Source of the DNA: a bacterium
GTDB lineage: Bacteria; SAR324; NAC60-12
Assembly: GCA_965233585.1 (NCBI GenBank)
Contig: CBDDTI010000746.1
Coordinates: 96,001 to 160,000 of the forward strand
Length of the DNA stretch: 64,000 bases
Reading direction: 5' to 3'
The notes under the pieces are model-generated. The model was not told the origin of the DNA. It was given only the letters and a program-made list of their open reading frames with translations, and searched no databases. Positions within the stretch are counted from its first letter, which is position 1; the number at the start of each line of letters is the position of its first letter. Both the position numbers and the translations under genes were made by a program. Of the stretch, positions 39,710-49,641 are shown piece after piece.

Positions 39710-40828
39710 TCAGAACGTGTTCTCTGTGGAATGAAAGAATTGTCCAATGGACTGACAAACAAACTCTATTTGTCCGTCTTTTAAAAAAGGATAAATAGGA
39801 AGACTCACAATTTCTTTAATAATCTTTTCAGTGATTGGAAAATCACTTTGTTGATAACTTAATCTTTTAGCAATCGGTTGGAGATGCAAAGGAACAGGAT
39901 AATGAATTTTGGTTTCTATGCCCTGCTCCAAAAGGAACCTCATCAACTCATCTCTCTGATTTGCATGGACTTGAATGACAAAATTATGATAAACACTTCT
40001 CAAATTTTTATTAGGAGGAAGACACTTAACAACGTCGTGTAAATTCTCATAATAAAATTTTGCAATTTCCTGATAACGTTTATTCCATTTTGCCAGACGC
40101 TTCAGTTTTACCAAACCAAAAGCCGCTTGTAAATTATCTAATCTGGAATTGACGCCCCAAACAATCGCTTCATCTCTGTTTTTCAATCCATAATTGCGTA
40201 AAAGTCTCAGCTGACTTGCAATATTTTCATCATGGGTAGTAATGATGCCTCCATCTCCCATCAAGTTAAGATTTTTTAGTGGGTGTAAGCTAAAACAACC
40301 CGCATCAGACAATCCCCCAGTTTTTTTAGCATAGTATGTGGCGCCAATGGATTGAGCTGCATCTTCAATCACGTGGAGACAATGCTTTTTAGCAATAGAA
40401 TTGATTTCATTCATTTTAGCAGGTCTTCCATTCAAATGGACAGGAATGATTGCTCTAGTTTTTGATGTGATGGCTGGCTCAATGAGGTTGGGGTCAATAT
40501 TAAAATCTTCAGCAACATCAACTAAAACAGGCTTTGCTCCAGCACTGATGACAGACGTCATAGTAGCTAGAAAAGAGTGAGCAGGAATAATCACTTCATC
40601 ATCTCTCTCTACTCCTAAAACCTTCAAACAAAGCGTGATTGCATCACCACCATTTGCGACACCAACAGCAAACTTTGTTTCACAAAAATCAGCAACTGCT
40701 TGCTCAAAACGCTCCAATTCCTCTCCTAAAATATAAGAACCTTTAGAGCAAACTTGATCAAAAGTTTCTATCAATTCCTCTCTAATTTCTTGATATTCTA
40801 AAGACAAATCAATAAAAGGAACTCTCAA
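39710..40828 (-). CDS. DegT/DnrJ/EryC1/StrS sugar aminotransferase
   Basis: PVHLNG, IEDAAQ, FSLHPLKNL..GDGG, NSRLD, HYP.PLH; GTG start. Confidence 0.92.
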   Translation of the reverse strand: MRVPFIDLSLEYQEIREELIETFDQVCSKGSYILGEELERFEQAVADFCETKFAVGVANGGDAITLCLKVLGVERDDEVIIPAHSFLATMTSVISAGAKPVLVDVAEDFNIDPNLIEPAITSKTRAIIPVHLNGRPAKMNEINSIAKKHCLHVIEDAAQSIGATYYAKKTGGLSDAGCFSLHPLKNLNLMGDGGIITTHDENIASQLRLLRNYGLKNRDEAIVWGVNSRLDNLQAAFGLVKLKRLAKWNKRYQEIAKFYYENLHDVVKCLPPNKNLRSVYHNFVIQVHANQRDELMRFLLEQGIETKIHYPVPLHLQPIAKRLSYQQSDFPITEKIIKEIVSLPIYPFLKDGQIEFVCQSIGQFFHSTENTF

Positions 40829-40829
40829 T

Positions 40830-41975
40830 TTAACCTTTATAAAAAGTTTTAATCAATTCAATCACTTGGTCTTGCTGTGCTTGAGTGATAAATTCATGAA
40901 CAGGCAGAGAAAGGCAGTGATTTGCAGTGTATTCGCTGACAGGAAAGTCTCCTTTTTGATGATTCAAAAAAGAAGAGGCAGGTTGAAGGTGCATAGGGAC
41001 TGGATAATGCACTTTAGCATCAACTCCATTTTGGATTAAGTAGTCTTTTAATTCATCTCGCCTTTCACAAGTGAACATGTACAGATGATACACATGTTTT
41101 TTATGAACTTCTCGTTTAGGAATTTTGATCTGTTCTATATTTTCTAACTCCTGGTCAAAATAATGAGCATGTTGGATTCGTTTTGCTGTGATATTTTCAA
41201 TGTGATGATCCAATAAATGTTGTCCCACTACTGCTTGAATAGTGTCTAATCTTGAGTTGTAAGCAAATTCTTGACAAACATTTCTTGAGACCAGCCCGTG
41301 GTTGCGAATCAATCTTAATTGTTCAACGATTTTTTTGTCGTTAGAAACGATGAGTCCCCCATCTCCCCAAACATTCAAATTCTTTAACGGATGCATGCTA
41401 AAACAAGAGGTGGTGCCAAAATCACCTATTTTCTGGCTCTGATATTCTGATAAAATAGCGTGGCAAGCATCATAAACAATCGGGACGCAATGTTTTTTAG
41501 CAAGATTTTCTAGGCAGATACAATCACAGGGGTTTCCTGACCAATGCACAGGCACTATCGCCTTAGTCTTTGGAGTCATTGCACTCTCAAGCTGAGAAAC
41601 ATCTATGTTGAAATCATCTTTAATATCTACAAAAACAGGCTTTGCTCCAGCAGTCACAATCGCTCCTACAGTTGCATAAAAAGTAAAAGAAGTTGTGATG
41701 ACTTCATCACCTTCTTTGACACCAAGAGCCTTTAAGCTTAGGAAAAGTGCATCTGTCCCAGAGCCAACTCCAATGGCATATTTTGCGCCAACTGCTTCTG
41801 CAAAATTTTCTTCAAACTGATCTACAGCTTTTCCCAAAGTAAAATCGTTTTCAAGTACAACTTGCTCTATCTTTTTGAAGATTTCTTGATAATCGCTAAA
41901 TTGTTCTTTCAGATAGTTATGTTTGATAGTCAATTCGCTATCTTTTAGATATTGTTCTGGATAAAAGTTTTTCAT
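40830..41975 (-). CDS. DegT/DnrJ/EryC1/StrS sugar aminotransferase
   Basis: GSGTDAL, PVHWSG, DACH, FSMHPLKNL..GDGG, NSRLD. Confidence 0.92.
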   Translation of the reverse strand: MKNFYPEQYLKDSELTIKHNYLKEQFSDYQEIFKKIEQVVLENDFTLGKAVDQFEENFAEAVGAKYAIGVGSGTDALFLSLKALGVKEGDEVITTSFTFYATVGAIVTAGAKPVFVDIKDDFNIDVSQLESAMTPKTKAIVPVHWSGNPCDCICLENLAKKHCVPIVYDACHAILSEYQSQKIGDFGTTSCFSMHPLKNLNVWGDGGLIVSNDKKIVEQLRLIRNHGLVSRNVCQEFAYNSRLDTIQAVVGQHLLDHHIENITAKRIQHAHYFDQELENIEQIKIPKREVHKKHVYHLYMFTCERRDELKDYLIQNGVDAKVHYPVPMHLQPASSFLNHQKGDFPVSEYTANHCLSLPVHEFITQAQQDQVIELIKTFYKG

Positions 41976-41996
41976 GCGATTCCTTCAATAATAAAT

Positions 41997-42128
41997 CTAA
42001 ACAGGTTTGGTATTTAAGTCTTCTTTAGAATCTATTTCTACCCAACCTCCTTCTATGTAAATTGGAGTAGCATCTAATAAATTATCTATGATCAATTGAA
42101 GAAAACTTGTCATATGCATCTCATTCAT
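41997..42128 (-). pseudogene. C-terminal remnant of a LicC-like / phosphocholine or sugar cytidylyltransferase
   Basis: MHMTSFLQLIID...IEGGWVEIDSKEDL matches the W.EID...DL end of this nucleotidyltransferase family; the N-terminal part is absent. Confidence 0.65.
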
Positions 42129-42171
42129 CGAGTAATGTCGTAATTTTTTTGTAAATCAGAGAAGTTAAACC

Positions 42172-43113
42172 TTAGCTAATCTGCAAATTTTGCATCACTT
42201 TTATATTGTAAAATTTATTTTCATCTTTTAAGACTCCCTTATGATACAAATTAGCAATCTCATCAATTGCATCATCTACACAAAAGGAAGGTTGAAAACC
42301 TGTATTCAGGAGCTTATCAGAATTAAGCCTGTAAGAACGATGGTCTTGAGTATCTATCATTTCTATTTTGGCATCCACCTTTTGAATGATCTTTTCAGCA
42401 ATATTCAATATGGAAATGTTCTCAAAACCTGCATTATAGATGCCTTGTAGTTCTTGACCTTGCTTGATACAGTGCAAATAAACTTCTATCATGTCCTTGA
42501 TGTGTATGTTAGGTCTGATATTCTTCTCTCCAAAAACTTTAATCACGCCATTTTTCAAAGCGTGCATAGACAGCATATTGACTGCTGTATCTAACCGCAT
42601 TCTAGGAGAATACCCACAAACTGTTGCAGGTCTAATAATTTGGACAAGTATGTCTTTAGTATAGCTCAATAAAACTCGTTCACTAACCATTTTGGTTTTA
42701 TTGTAATCACTGATAGGGACTAAATCTAGGTCTTCAGTGACTTGCTCTTCTTCTTTGATGCCATAAACACTGCCACTACTTGCATAAATGAATTGCTTAA
42801 CATCATTTTTGATCGCTTTTTCTACTAAAAACTTTGTTGCTAAAACATTGGTTTCCCAAGAAAGTTTGGGATTTAAATCACTACATGGGTCATTTGCGAT
42901 ATTTGCCAGATGAATCAAAACATCAACATTCTGCATATTGATTGCTTGAACATCTCTAATATCACCCTTAATGACTTCTAAGTTTTGGTGTTCTTGTAAA
43001 AACTCTCCAAACCAAAATGTGTCTATGACACGCAGCTGGTGTGATTCTTTAAGTAACCTTTCTACCAAAGGAACTCCAACATATCCACCGCCACCTAATA
43101 TTAAGATATTCAT
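42172..43113 (-). CDS. NAD-dependent epimerase/dehydratase (extended SDR)
   Basis: GGGGYVG, HLANIANDP, ASSGSVYG, YNKTK, RPATVCG.SPRMRLD. Confidence 0.9.
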   Translation of the reverse strand: MNILILGGGGYVGVPLVERLLKESHQLRVIDTFWFGEFLQEHQNLEVIKGDIRDVQAINMQNVDVLIHLANIANDPCSDLNPKLSWETNVLATKFLVEKAIKNDVKQFIYASSGSVYGIKEEEQVTEDLDLVPISDYNKTKMVSERVLLSYTKDILVQIIRPATVCGYSPRMRLDTAVNMLSMHALKNGVIKVFGEKNIRPNIHIKDMIEVYLHCIKQGQELQGIYNAGFENISILNIAEKIIQKVDAKIEMIDTQDHRSYRLNSDKLLNTGFQPSFCVDDAIDEIANLYHKGVLKDENKFYNIKVMQNLQIS

Positions 43114-43115
43114 GT

Positions 43116-44105
43116 TTATTCTTTATGTATATAGTTTAGATTTTGTTTCAAAAGTGTTTCCAAATTATTTTTGACCCAACAGATACAATCATCTAACCCT
43201 TGTTCAAGACTCGTATTGAAGTCTGTACAAAATTCATTGGTAAATTGGGAAGAATCTAGCAAGTACGCTTTATCTTTACCTTTTCGTTCTTCTCCAAAAT
43301 TGACATACTTGTCAAAAGAAATATTTAGTAAATCTGCAATCTTCACCACTAAATCTTTAATACTAATTTGCTCTTGGGTAGAAAGATGATAAAGACTTCC
43401 AATCTTGGATTGTTTCATAATGAGGTAAGTTGCTTGAGCCACATCCTGAATATGAATAAAACTTCTAATTGATGTTCCTCCACCATGCAATGTCAAATTT
43501 TGATTGGTTAAAAAGTACAAGATTGTTTTTGGAATGATGCGATAAAGTTGTTGACAAGCACCATAAACATTAGCCGCTCTTGTCCACACCACGGGGAAGC
43601 CGTAGGTATTCAGCAGCACTTTTAGGTGCATGTCTATACTTGCTTTAGAAACAGCATAAGGTGTGCTTGGTTGATAATGCGTATTTTCTTGCACTAGACC
43701 TTCCGTATTGCCATAGATTTCAGGAGTAGAAATTTGCACATACTTTTGAATAGAAGTCTCATCCTTTAAATGTTCTAAAAGTTCAACATGAGACAAAAAA
43801 TTGGCATGATACCAATGGCTTGGATTCTCAAAACTTTCAGCAACCATACACAGAGCAATAAAATTGACAATGTAGTCAGGCTTAAAAGTTTTGATAAAAT
43901 CTACAATTCCTTGTGTTTGATGGTTTAAGTTGTATTGATAAAAAGTGAAGTTTTTGTAATTAGAGTGGTTTTTGTAGGGAAGAAAGACTTCGTTAATTTC
44001 ATCAGATCTGCTGATGCCCACCACCTCATCACCTTGACTCAAACAATGGTTGATGAAGTGAGAACCTGAAAACGAATTACTGCCTAAAACGAGAACTTTA
44101 CTCAT
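43116..44105 (-). CDS. dTDP-glucose 4,6-dehydratase-like epimerase/dehydratase
   Basis: GSNSFSG, STPEIYG, PSTPYAVSK, RAANVYG, R.GKD..Y; start at ATG 44105. Confidence 0.85.
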   Translation of the reverse strand: MSKVLVLGSNSFSGSHFINHCLSQGDEVVGISRSDEINEVFLPYKNHSNYKNFTFYQYNLNHQTQGIVDFIKTFKPDYIVNFIALCMVAESFENPSHWYHANFLSHVELLEHLKDETSIQKYVQISTPEIYGNTEGLVQENTHYQPSTPYAVSKASIDMHLKVLLNTYGFPVVWTRAANVYGACQQLYRIIPKTILYFLTNQNLTLHGGGTSIRSFIHIQDVAQATYLIMKQSKIGSLYHLSTQEQISIKDLVVKIADLLNISFDKYVNFGEERKGKDKAYLLDSSQFTNEFCTDFNTSLEQGLDDCICWVKNNLETLLKQNLNYIHKE

Positions 44106-44376
44106 TTGACCACGTCTAAAAGCTAGAACAAAGCCCAACATTGTCCTGTAATGTAACCCAAATGTCAAAATGATTGTTCGTTCAAAATTTTGGTAGTGCT
44201 ACTTCTTGCTTTTTGGAACAATCAATGGTTTAATAGTGCGAATTTTGGTGTCTAATCGGAGTCAAAGAAAATTTGCACGTACGTTGTGTTTTTGATTTTT
44301 CGGGAAATTTTTTGAGATTTTTTACGAAAGAAGATTTAAACTGCCCCTAACTTGTCATGTTGTGAATGTTGATTGA

Positions 44377-45216
44377 ATGAAGACGGAATTGCTCAAAGCA
44401 GAAATTGACTCCGATTCTTTTCAGAGTTTTAAGAAGCAAAACCGCTTTCAAGTGTCTTTACCGGAGGTTGCTTTTACCAATCAGGGTGTGTTGTTGCTCA
44501 ACAGAGATGACACAACTTTAAAGCTACTAGCCTTATATGGAGGTCAAGATTGTTTTCTTCAGGTTGCTCAACAGCGTGAATGCTTTGGCTTGCGTTCAAA
44601 AAACTTTGAGCAGTCCTTTGCTCTACATTTGATTTTTGAAAAATCTATTTCCCTTGTCTCCTTGCTTGGAAAGTCCGGGACAGGAAAAACTTTGCTTGCA
44701 TTAGCTGCTGGATTGCATGGTGTCTTGATAGACCAAACTTATAGCAGTATCGTCATCGCAAGACCAACAGTTCCTGTGGGAAAAGACATTGGCTACTTGC
44801 CCGGTGATCTTGAAGAAAAATTAAGTCCTTGGATGTCTCCTATTTTTGATAACTTGGAAGTTTTGTTTGAAAGAACCAATGCACAAAAGCATGAGTTGGT
44901 AGAACAAGGAATCATTAGTTTCACTTCCATCACTCACTTACGAGGACGGAATTTGGCAAACAAATACGTCTTGATAGATGAAGCACAAAACCTTGACACC
45001 CACGAGATCAAGGCAATTCTGACACGTGCAGGTGAGGGAACAAAGGTGGTGTTGACTGGAGACCCTGAACAAGTTGACCATAAGCAGCTTAACCAATATT
45101 CAAACGGGTTAGTCCAAATGACTCAGGCTTTTCTACCGTACCAGATTTTTGGTACAATCTATTTGAACCATTGTGAGCGGTCTGCTTTAGCCGACCTTGC
45201 CTCACAGATTTTATAA
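44377..45216 (+). CDS. PhoH family ATPase (PhoH2/YlaK-like, no N-terminal PIN domain)
   Basis: GKSGTGKT, GYLPG, LRGR, IDEAQN, TRAGEGTKVVLTGD..Q.D, ERS.LA. Confidence 0.88.
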   Translation: MKTELLKAEIDSDSFQSFKKQNRFQVSLPEVAFTNQGVLLLNRDDTTLKLLALYGGQDCFLQVAQQRECFGLRSKNFEQSFALHLIFEKSISLVSLLGKSGTGKTLLALAAGLHGVLIDQTYSSIVIARPTVPVGKDIGYLPGDLEEKLSPWMSPIFDNLEVLFERTNAQKHELVEQGIISFTSITHLRGRNLANKYVLIDEAQNLDTHEIKAILTRAGEGTKVVLTGDPEQVDHKQLNQYSNGLVQMTQAFLPYQIFGTIYLNHCERSALADLASQIL

Positions 45217-45226
45217 AAGAGAAAGT

Positions 45227-45988
45227 ATGTTAGAATCAACTGTCGATGTAGGAGACGAAGCCTCTATACAAAATGAAAATTCTTTTGTCATTAAAGGAGT
45301 CCAAAAACACATAGAGCTACAAATTACGCCAGGTGTTGATTTCATGAAGTTAAGGAATGACCTTGAAAGGTATTTTGAAGATGAGAACAACCAAAAACTG
45401 TATCAAGGACAAGTTTTAGTCCTGCAGCTTGGTGATTATGGAATGGAATGGCATCAATTTGAACACTTGAAGCATTATTTAAAAACTTGGTCTGATGTAG
45501 AGCTAGTCATTCATCCTGATTGGAGTAAAAATTTTTTTAAAGACTACTTTGAACAACCATCTTATCTTGATTTTGTAGAAAAAACTTTTGACTCCAGCAG
45601 TGAAGTTAGTCCCAACTTAGACATAGAAAATGCCGTGGTTATCAAAAATACCTTGCGTGCTGGAAGTTGTGTGAAGCATGATGAAACTGTGATTGTGCTT
45701 GGTGATATTCACAGTAGCGCCAGCGTTTATAGCCAAAAGAATGTAGTAGTGTTAGGTCGGATTAAAGGGAAGACTTGTGCAGGTATGAATGGAGACAGAA
45801 AGTCTTTTATTTTTGGACTCCAAATGTTAGACTCTCACCTTGTCATTGCAGGAACAGAAGAAGATTTAAAGGGAAACAGTCAGAAAAAACCTGCAATCGC
45901 ATACCTCAAACAAGAAAAAACAGAACAAAAGGAAGCAAAGATTCAAATTGATCCTTGTGAAACATTTCATTCATTTATTCCAAAATAG
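45227..45988 (+). CDS. minC: Septum site-determining protein MinC
   Basis: TLRAG..V, VIVLGD, G.I.G...AG..GD; precedes minD and minE. Confidence 0.85.
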   Translation: MLESTVDVGDEASIQNENSFVIKGVQKHIELQITPGVDFMKLRNDLERYFEDENNQKLYQGQVLVLQLGDYGMEWHQFEHLKHYLKTWSDVELVIHPDWSKNFFKDYFEQPSYLDFVEKTFDSSSEVSPNLDIENAVVIKNTLRAGSCVKHDETVIVLGDIHSSASVYSQKNVVVLGRIKGKTCAGMNGDRKSFIFGLQMLDSHLVIAGTEEDLKGNSQKKPAIAYLKQEKTEQKEAKIQIDPCETFHSFIPK

Positions 45989-45990
45989 CT

Positions 45991-46785
45991 ATGAGTCAAA
46001 TTTTTGTTGTGACTTCGGGAAAAGGAGGCGTTGGGAAGACAACAACGACTTGTAATCTAGCTGTTGCTGTTTGCAAGAATAAACCATCAGCTCAAGTCAT
46101 AGTAGTTGATGGAGACATTGGGTTACGCAACTTGGACGTCGTCATGGGATTGGAAAATCGCATTGTCCATGACATTATTGACCTCATCAATGAGAATTGT
46201 GAAATTGAACAGGCGTTAATTACACACAAGAAAGTGGCAAATCTCTCATTGATTGCTGCTTCTCAACATCACGAAAAAGAGGACATCTCATTGGAACAAA
46301 TGAAAAACCTGTGTAGCAAGCTCAAAAAACATGCTGATTATGTTTTTATTGACTGCCCTGCAGGCATTGAGCAAGGCTTTAAAAATTGTGTTGGTGCAGC
46401 CGATGAAGCGATTGTCATCTGTAATCCTGAAATGTCTGCTATTCGTGATGCTGACCGTGTCATTGGTTTGTTGAACTCTGAACAAATTTCTTCCAAACTG
46501 ATTGTCAATCGGTTGATTCCTGAATTGGTTAAAGATGAAAAAACTCTCTCTTACCAGGACATTCAAGACGGGTTAGCCATTCCTTTACTGGGGGTCATTC
46601 CTGAAGACCAAAATGTTTTACTTGCTTCCAATGAGGGTAAGTCGTTGTTTGATTTTAAAGATTCGCAAGCGGCATTGGCATATCAAAGAATTGCAAGACG
46701 ATTGAGTGGTGAAGAAGTCGTCGTCCCACGTTTTCGTTCGGATACTACCCTTTTTAGAAACCTAAAAAAATGGTTTAAAGGATGA
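45991..46785 (+). CDS. minD: Septum site-determining ATPase MinD
   Basis: SGKGGVGKTT, DIGLRNLDVVMGLENR, DCPAGIEQG, RDADR. Confidence 0.95.
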   Translation: MSQIFVVTSGKGGVGKTTTTCNLAVAVCKNKPSAQVIVVDGDIGLRNLDVVMGLENRIVHDIIDLINENCEIEQALITHKKVANLSLIAASQHHEKEDISLEQMKNLCSKLKKHADYVFIDCPAGIEQGFKNCVGAADEAIVICNPEMSAIRDADRVIGLLNSEQISSKLIVNRLIPELVKDEKTLSYQDIQDGLAIPLLGVIPEDQNVLLASNEGKSLFDFKDSQAALAYQRIARRLSGEEVVVPRFRSDTTLFRNLKKWFKG

Positions 46786-47036
46786 TTTTTGGGAAAAAAC
46801 AAAAAAAACCAAGTAGTGCAGAAATTGCGAAGAGCAGACTAAGTTTGGTCCTGGAGGAAGATAGAATCAATTTGCGACAAGAACAAAAAGAAGAAATGCA
46901 ACGAAGGCTTTACGATGTCGTTCAGGAGTTTCTGCCTAACATAGACCTACATATTGACATTACCTATGGTCAAGATAGTCCCGAAGTCAAAGTTGTAGCA
47001 AACCGATCCAAAAGAAAGTCTGGTCTAGCTACTTAA
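46782..47036 (+). CDS. minE: Cell division topological specificity factor MinE
   Basis: SAEIAKSRL.LVL..DR. Confidence 0.85.
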   Translation: MIFGKKQKKPSSAEIAKSRLSLVLEEDRINLRQEQKEEMQRRLYDVVQEFLPNIDLHIDITYGQDSPEVKVVANRSKRKSGLAT

Positions 47037-47102
47037 TTGAAAATCTGTTATACAACAATTATCATCACATAGTCCTATACTACTTTTTCGTTTTTCTGAA
47101 TT

Positions 47103-49100
47103 ATGCCAGATATAGGTTACCTTGTTCTTGTCCTTGCGCTCGTCTCTTGTGTTTACTCCATTTTAGCCACTCCATTAGCCATTTATTGGAATAACTGGAA
47201 CTTGGTGCAGTCTTCACAATATGCGGCTTTTGCAAACTTCTTTCTTTTGGCTGTTGCAGCAGCAACGATGGAATATAATCTCATCACAAGCAATTTTGAG
47301 GTTGCGTATGTTTGGAGGCATTCCAGCGCAGATATGCCACTTTTCTATAAAATCACAGCTTTGTGGGGTGGTTTGGAAGGGTCGTTGTTGTTTTGGGCAA
47401 CCTTGCAAAGCCTCTTTACAATGATTGTGGCGTATGTCTATCGCTATTCTCACCGTGAGGTCATTCCCTACGTGCTAGTGACTTTGCACTTCATTCTTGC
47501 CTTTTTCCTAACATTACTTGTCGGGTGGTCTAATCCTTTTGCAACTCAATTTCCCCAAGAATTGGGCAGAGGTCTCAACCCCTTGCTTCAAAATATTGCA
47601 ATGACCATGCACCCTCCTACTTTGTACTTAGGATACATTGGCTTTAGTGTCCCTTTTGCTTTTGCAATAGGTGGTCTGTTGAAGGGAAAGGTTGACAATG
47701 CGTGGGTGATGACGACAAGACGTTGGACGTTGTTTGCATGGTATTTTTTAAGTATGGGCTTGATGATTGGCGGAGAGTGGGCTTATGAAGAATTGGGCTG
47801 GGGAGGATACTGGGGCTGGGACCCTGTGGAAAACTCGGCTTTGATGCCATGGCTCACAGGAACAGCATTTTTGCATTCCATCATGGTTCAAGAAAAACGC
47901 AACATGCTGAAAATTTGGAATGTTGTCCTGATTATTGCCACATTCTCCCTAAGCATTCTCGGGACTTTCTTGACTCGTTCAGGTGTTGTCAATTCGGTGC
48001 ATTCCTTTTCTGAATCAGACATAGGTCCTGCCTTTGTCGGATTCTTGCTTTTTGTATTGATGACAGGACTTACCCTAATCTTTTGGAGAATTAGACAACT
48101 GGAGTCAAACTACCAAATTGAATCCATTTTTTGCAGAGAAAATATCTTTTTAGCACAAAATATTTTATTCATTGGGATTGCATTCACAGTGCTACTTGGC
48201 ACCATTTTTCCCATTCTTGCAGAAGCTGTAAGAGGCACAAAACTTTCTATTCAAGCCCCTTTTTTCACAGCAGTCACAGCCCCGATGGGTTACATTCTTT
48301 TTTTTCTCATTGGGATTGGAACACTGATCGCGTGGAGACGTGCAAGTTGGTCAAGCCTCAAAAGAAATTTTGCAATGCCTGCCATCGTTGGTTGTTTGGG
48401 AACAGCGGCGACGGCAATATTTATTCCTTTTCGTTTTTTTGAACCATTCCTGATTATTTGGATTGCCTTCTTCCTAACAACAACCATCGTCCGTGAGCTT
48501 ATTGTCGTTGTGAGGTCAAAAGCTAGACAACTTAAGTCAGATTGGCTCACGGCATTGGTGACAGTGGTGAGCAACAATTCAAGACGATATGGCGGTTTGA
48601 TTATTCATTTAGGAGTAGTAACTATGTTTTTGGGCTTTGCAGGACGTTTTTTTGATTTTGAAAAAGACATTGCTCTGCAAGTCAATCGTACCGAAGTGGT
48701 TGGGGACTATCAACTCAGGTTTAAGGGAATGGAGGAGTTTCCCGTCCGCAATGCTTTGCACCGTGCCGCTGTGATTGAAGTCTATCAAGAGGGTCAGTTG
48801 GTTGATGTAATGAAACCTGCCAAAAGCTTTTATCCTACGCAACCTGACCCGCTATCAGAGGTCGCAATACGCAGGTCTTTTTTCCATGACCTCTATCTAG
48901 TGCTTGCTAATGAATCGGAAGGTGGACAAGTTGCCGTGATTAGGGTTCACATCAATCCAATGGTGATGTGGGCGTGGATGACTTTGCCTTTGTTTACACT
49001 TGGATTTCTTGTTTCAATGGCATACTATCCAAAATCTCTGGTCTTTGATCGTCAAATAAGTTACATTCAACATCAGAAAACAATTAGAACAGGAGTCTAA
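47103..49100 (+). CDS. ccmF: Cytochrome c heme lyase CcmF
   Basis: WGGLEGSLLFW, GLNPLLQ, HPP, WAYEELGWGGYWGWDPVEN, SVHSF. Confidence 0.96.
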   Translation: MPDIGYLVLVLALVSCVYSILATPLAIYWNNWNLVQSSQYAAFANFFLLAVAAATMEYNLITSNFEVAYVWRHSSADMPLFYKITALWGGLEGSLLFWATLQSLFTMIVAYVYRYSHREVIPYVLVTLHFILAFFLTLLVGWSNPFATQFPQELGRGLNPLLQNIAMTMHPPTLYLGYIGFSVPFAFAIGGLLKGKVDNAWVMTTRRWTLFAWYFLSMGLMIGGEWAYEELGWGGYWGWDPVENSALMPWLTGTAFLHSIMVQEKRNMLKIWNVVLIIATFSLSILGTFLTRSGVVNSVHSFSESDIGPAFVGFLLFVLMTGLTLIFWRIRQLESNYQIESIFCRENIFLAQNILFIGIAFTVLLGTIFPILAEAVRGTKLSIQAPFFTAVTAPMGYILFFLIGIGTLIAWRRASWSSLKRNFAMPAIVGCLGTAATAIFIPFRFFEPFLIIWIAFFLTTTIVRELIVVVRSKARQLKSDWLTALVTVVSNNSRRYGGLIIHLGVVTMFLGFAGRFFDFEKDIALQVNRTEVVGDYQLRFKGMEEFPVRNALHRAAVIEVYQEGQLVDVMKPAKSFYPTQPDPLSEVAIRRSFFHDLYLVLANESEGGQVAVIRVHINPMVMWAWMTLPLFTLGFLVSMAYYPKSLVFDRQISYIQHQKTIRTGV

Positions 49101-49101
49101 C

Positions 49102-49641
49102 ATGTTTTTAAAGTCGTGGAAGTTTTGGAGCTTTGCATTTGTGATAGGGTCTTTTTCTGCATTGCTTGCCTTTGGACTGACAAAAGACCCTAAAAAAGTT
49201 CCCTCTCCTCTGCTAAATCAACCCGCACCAAGTTTTTCACTCAAAAGCCTATTTGATGATACAAAACAAAAATCTTTATCCAGCTTTCAGGGCAAGCCGC
49301 TGGTCATCAATTTTTGGGCGTCATGGTGTACAGAATGTCGCATTGAAGCAGGAACTCTCAAAGACTTTTACCAAAAATCAGAGTTGCAAGAAAAACGAGC
49401 AACATTGATTGGCATCGCAATTCAAGATACAGAAGACCGAGCAAAAGGTTTTGCCATCCAGTTTCAAAAAGAATACTTTCTGGCGTTGGACAATTCAGGA
49501 GATATTGCAATGGATTATGGTGTTTATGGCGTTCCCGAAACGTTTTTTATTGATGCTCAAGGCATTGTTCGTTACAAGCATATCGGGGTTGTCACTCCTG
49601 AACTCATGGAAGACACACTGAATTTGTTAGAAAGTTTCTGA
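49102..49641 (+). CDS. ccmG: Thiol-disulfide oxidoreductase CcmG/DsbE
   Basis: NFWASWCTEC, YGVYGVPETF. Confidence 0.88.
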   Translation: MFLKSWKFWSFAFVIGSFSALLAFGLTKDPKKVPSPLLNQPAPSFSLKSLFDDTKQKSLSSFQGKPLVINFWASWCTECRIEAGTLKDFYQKSELQEKRATLIGIAIQDTEDRAKGFAIQFQKEYFLALDNSGDIAMDYGVYGVPETFFIDAQGIVRYKHIGVVTPELMEDTLNLLESF

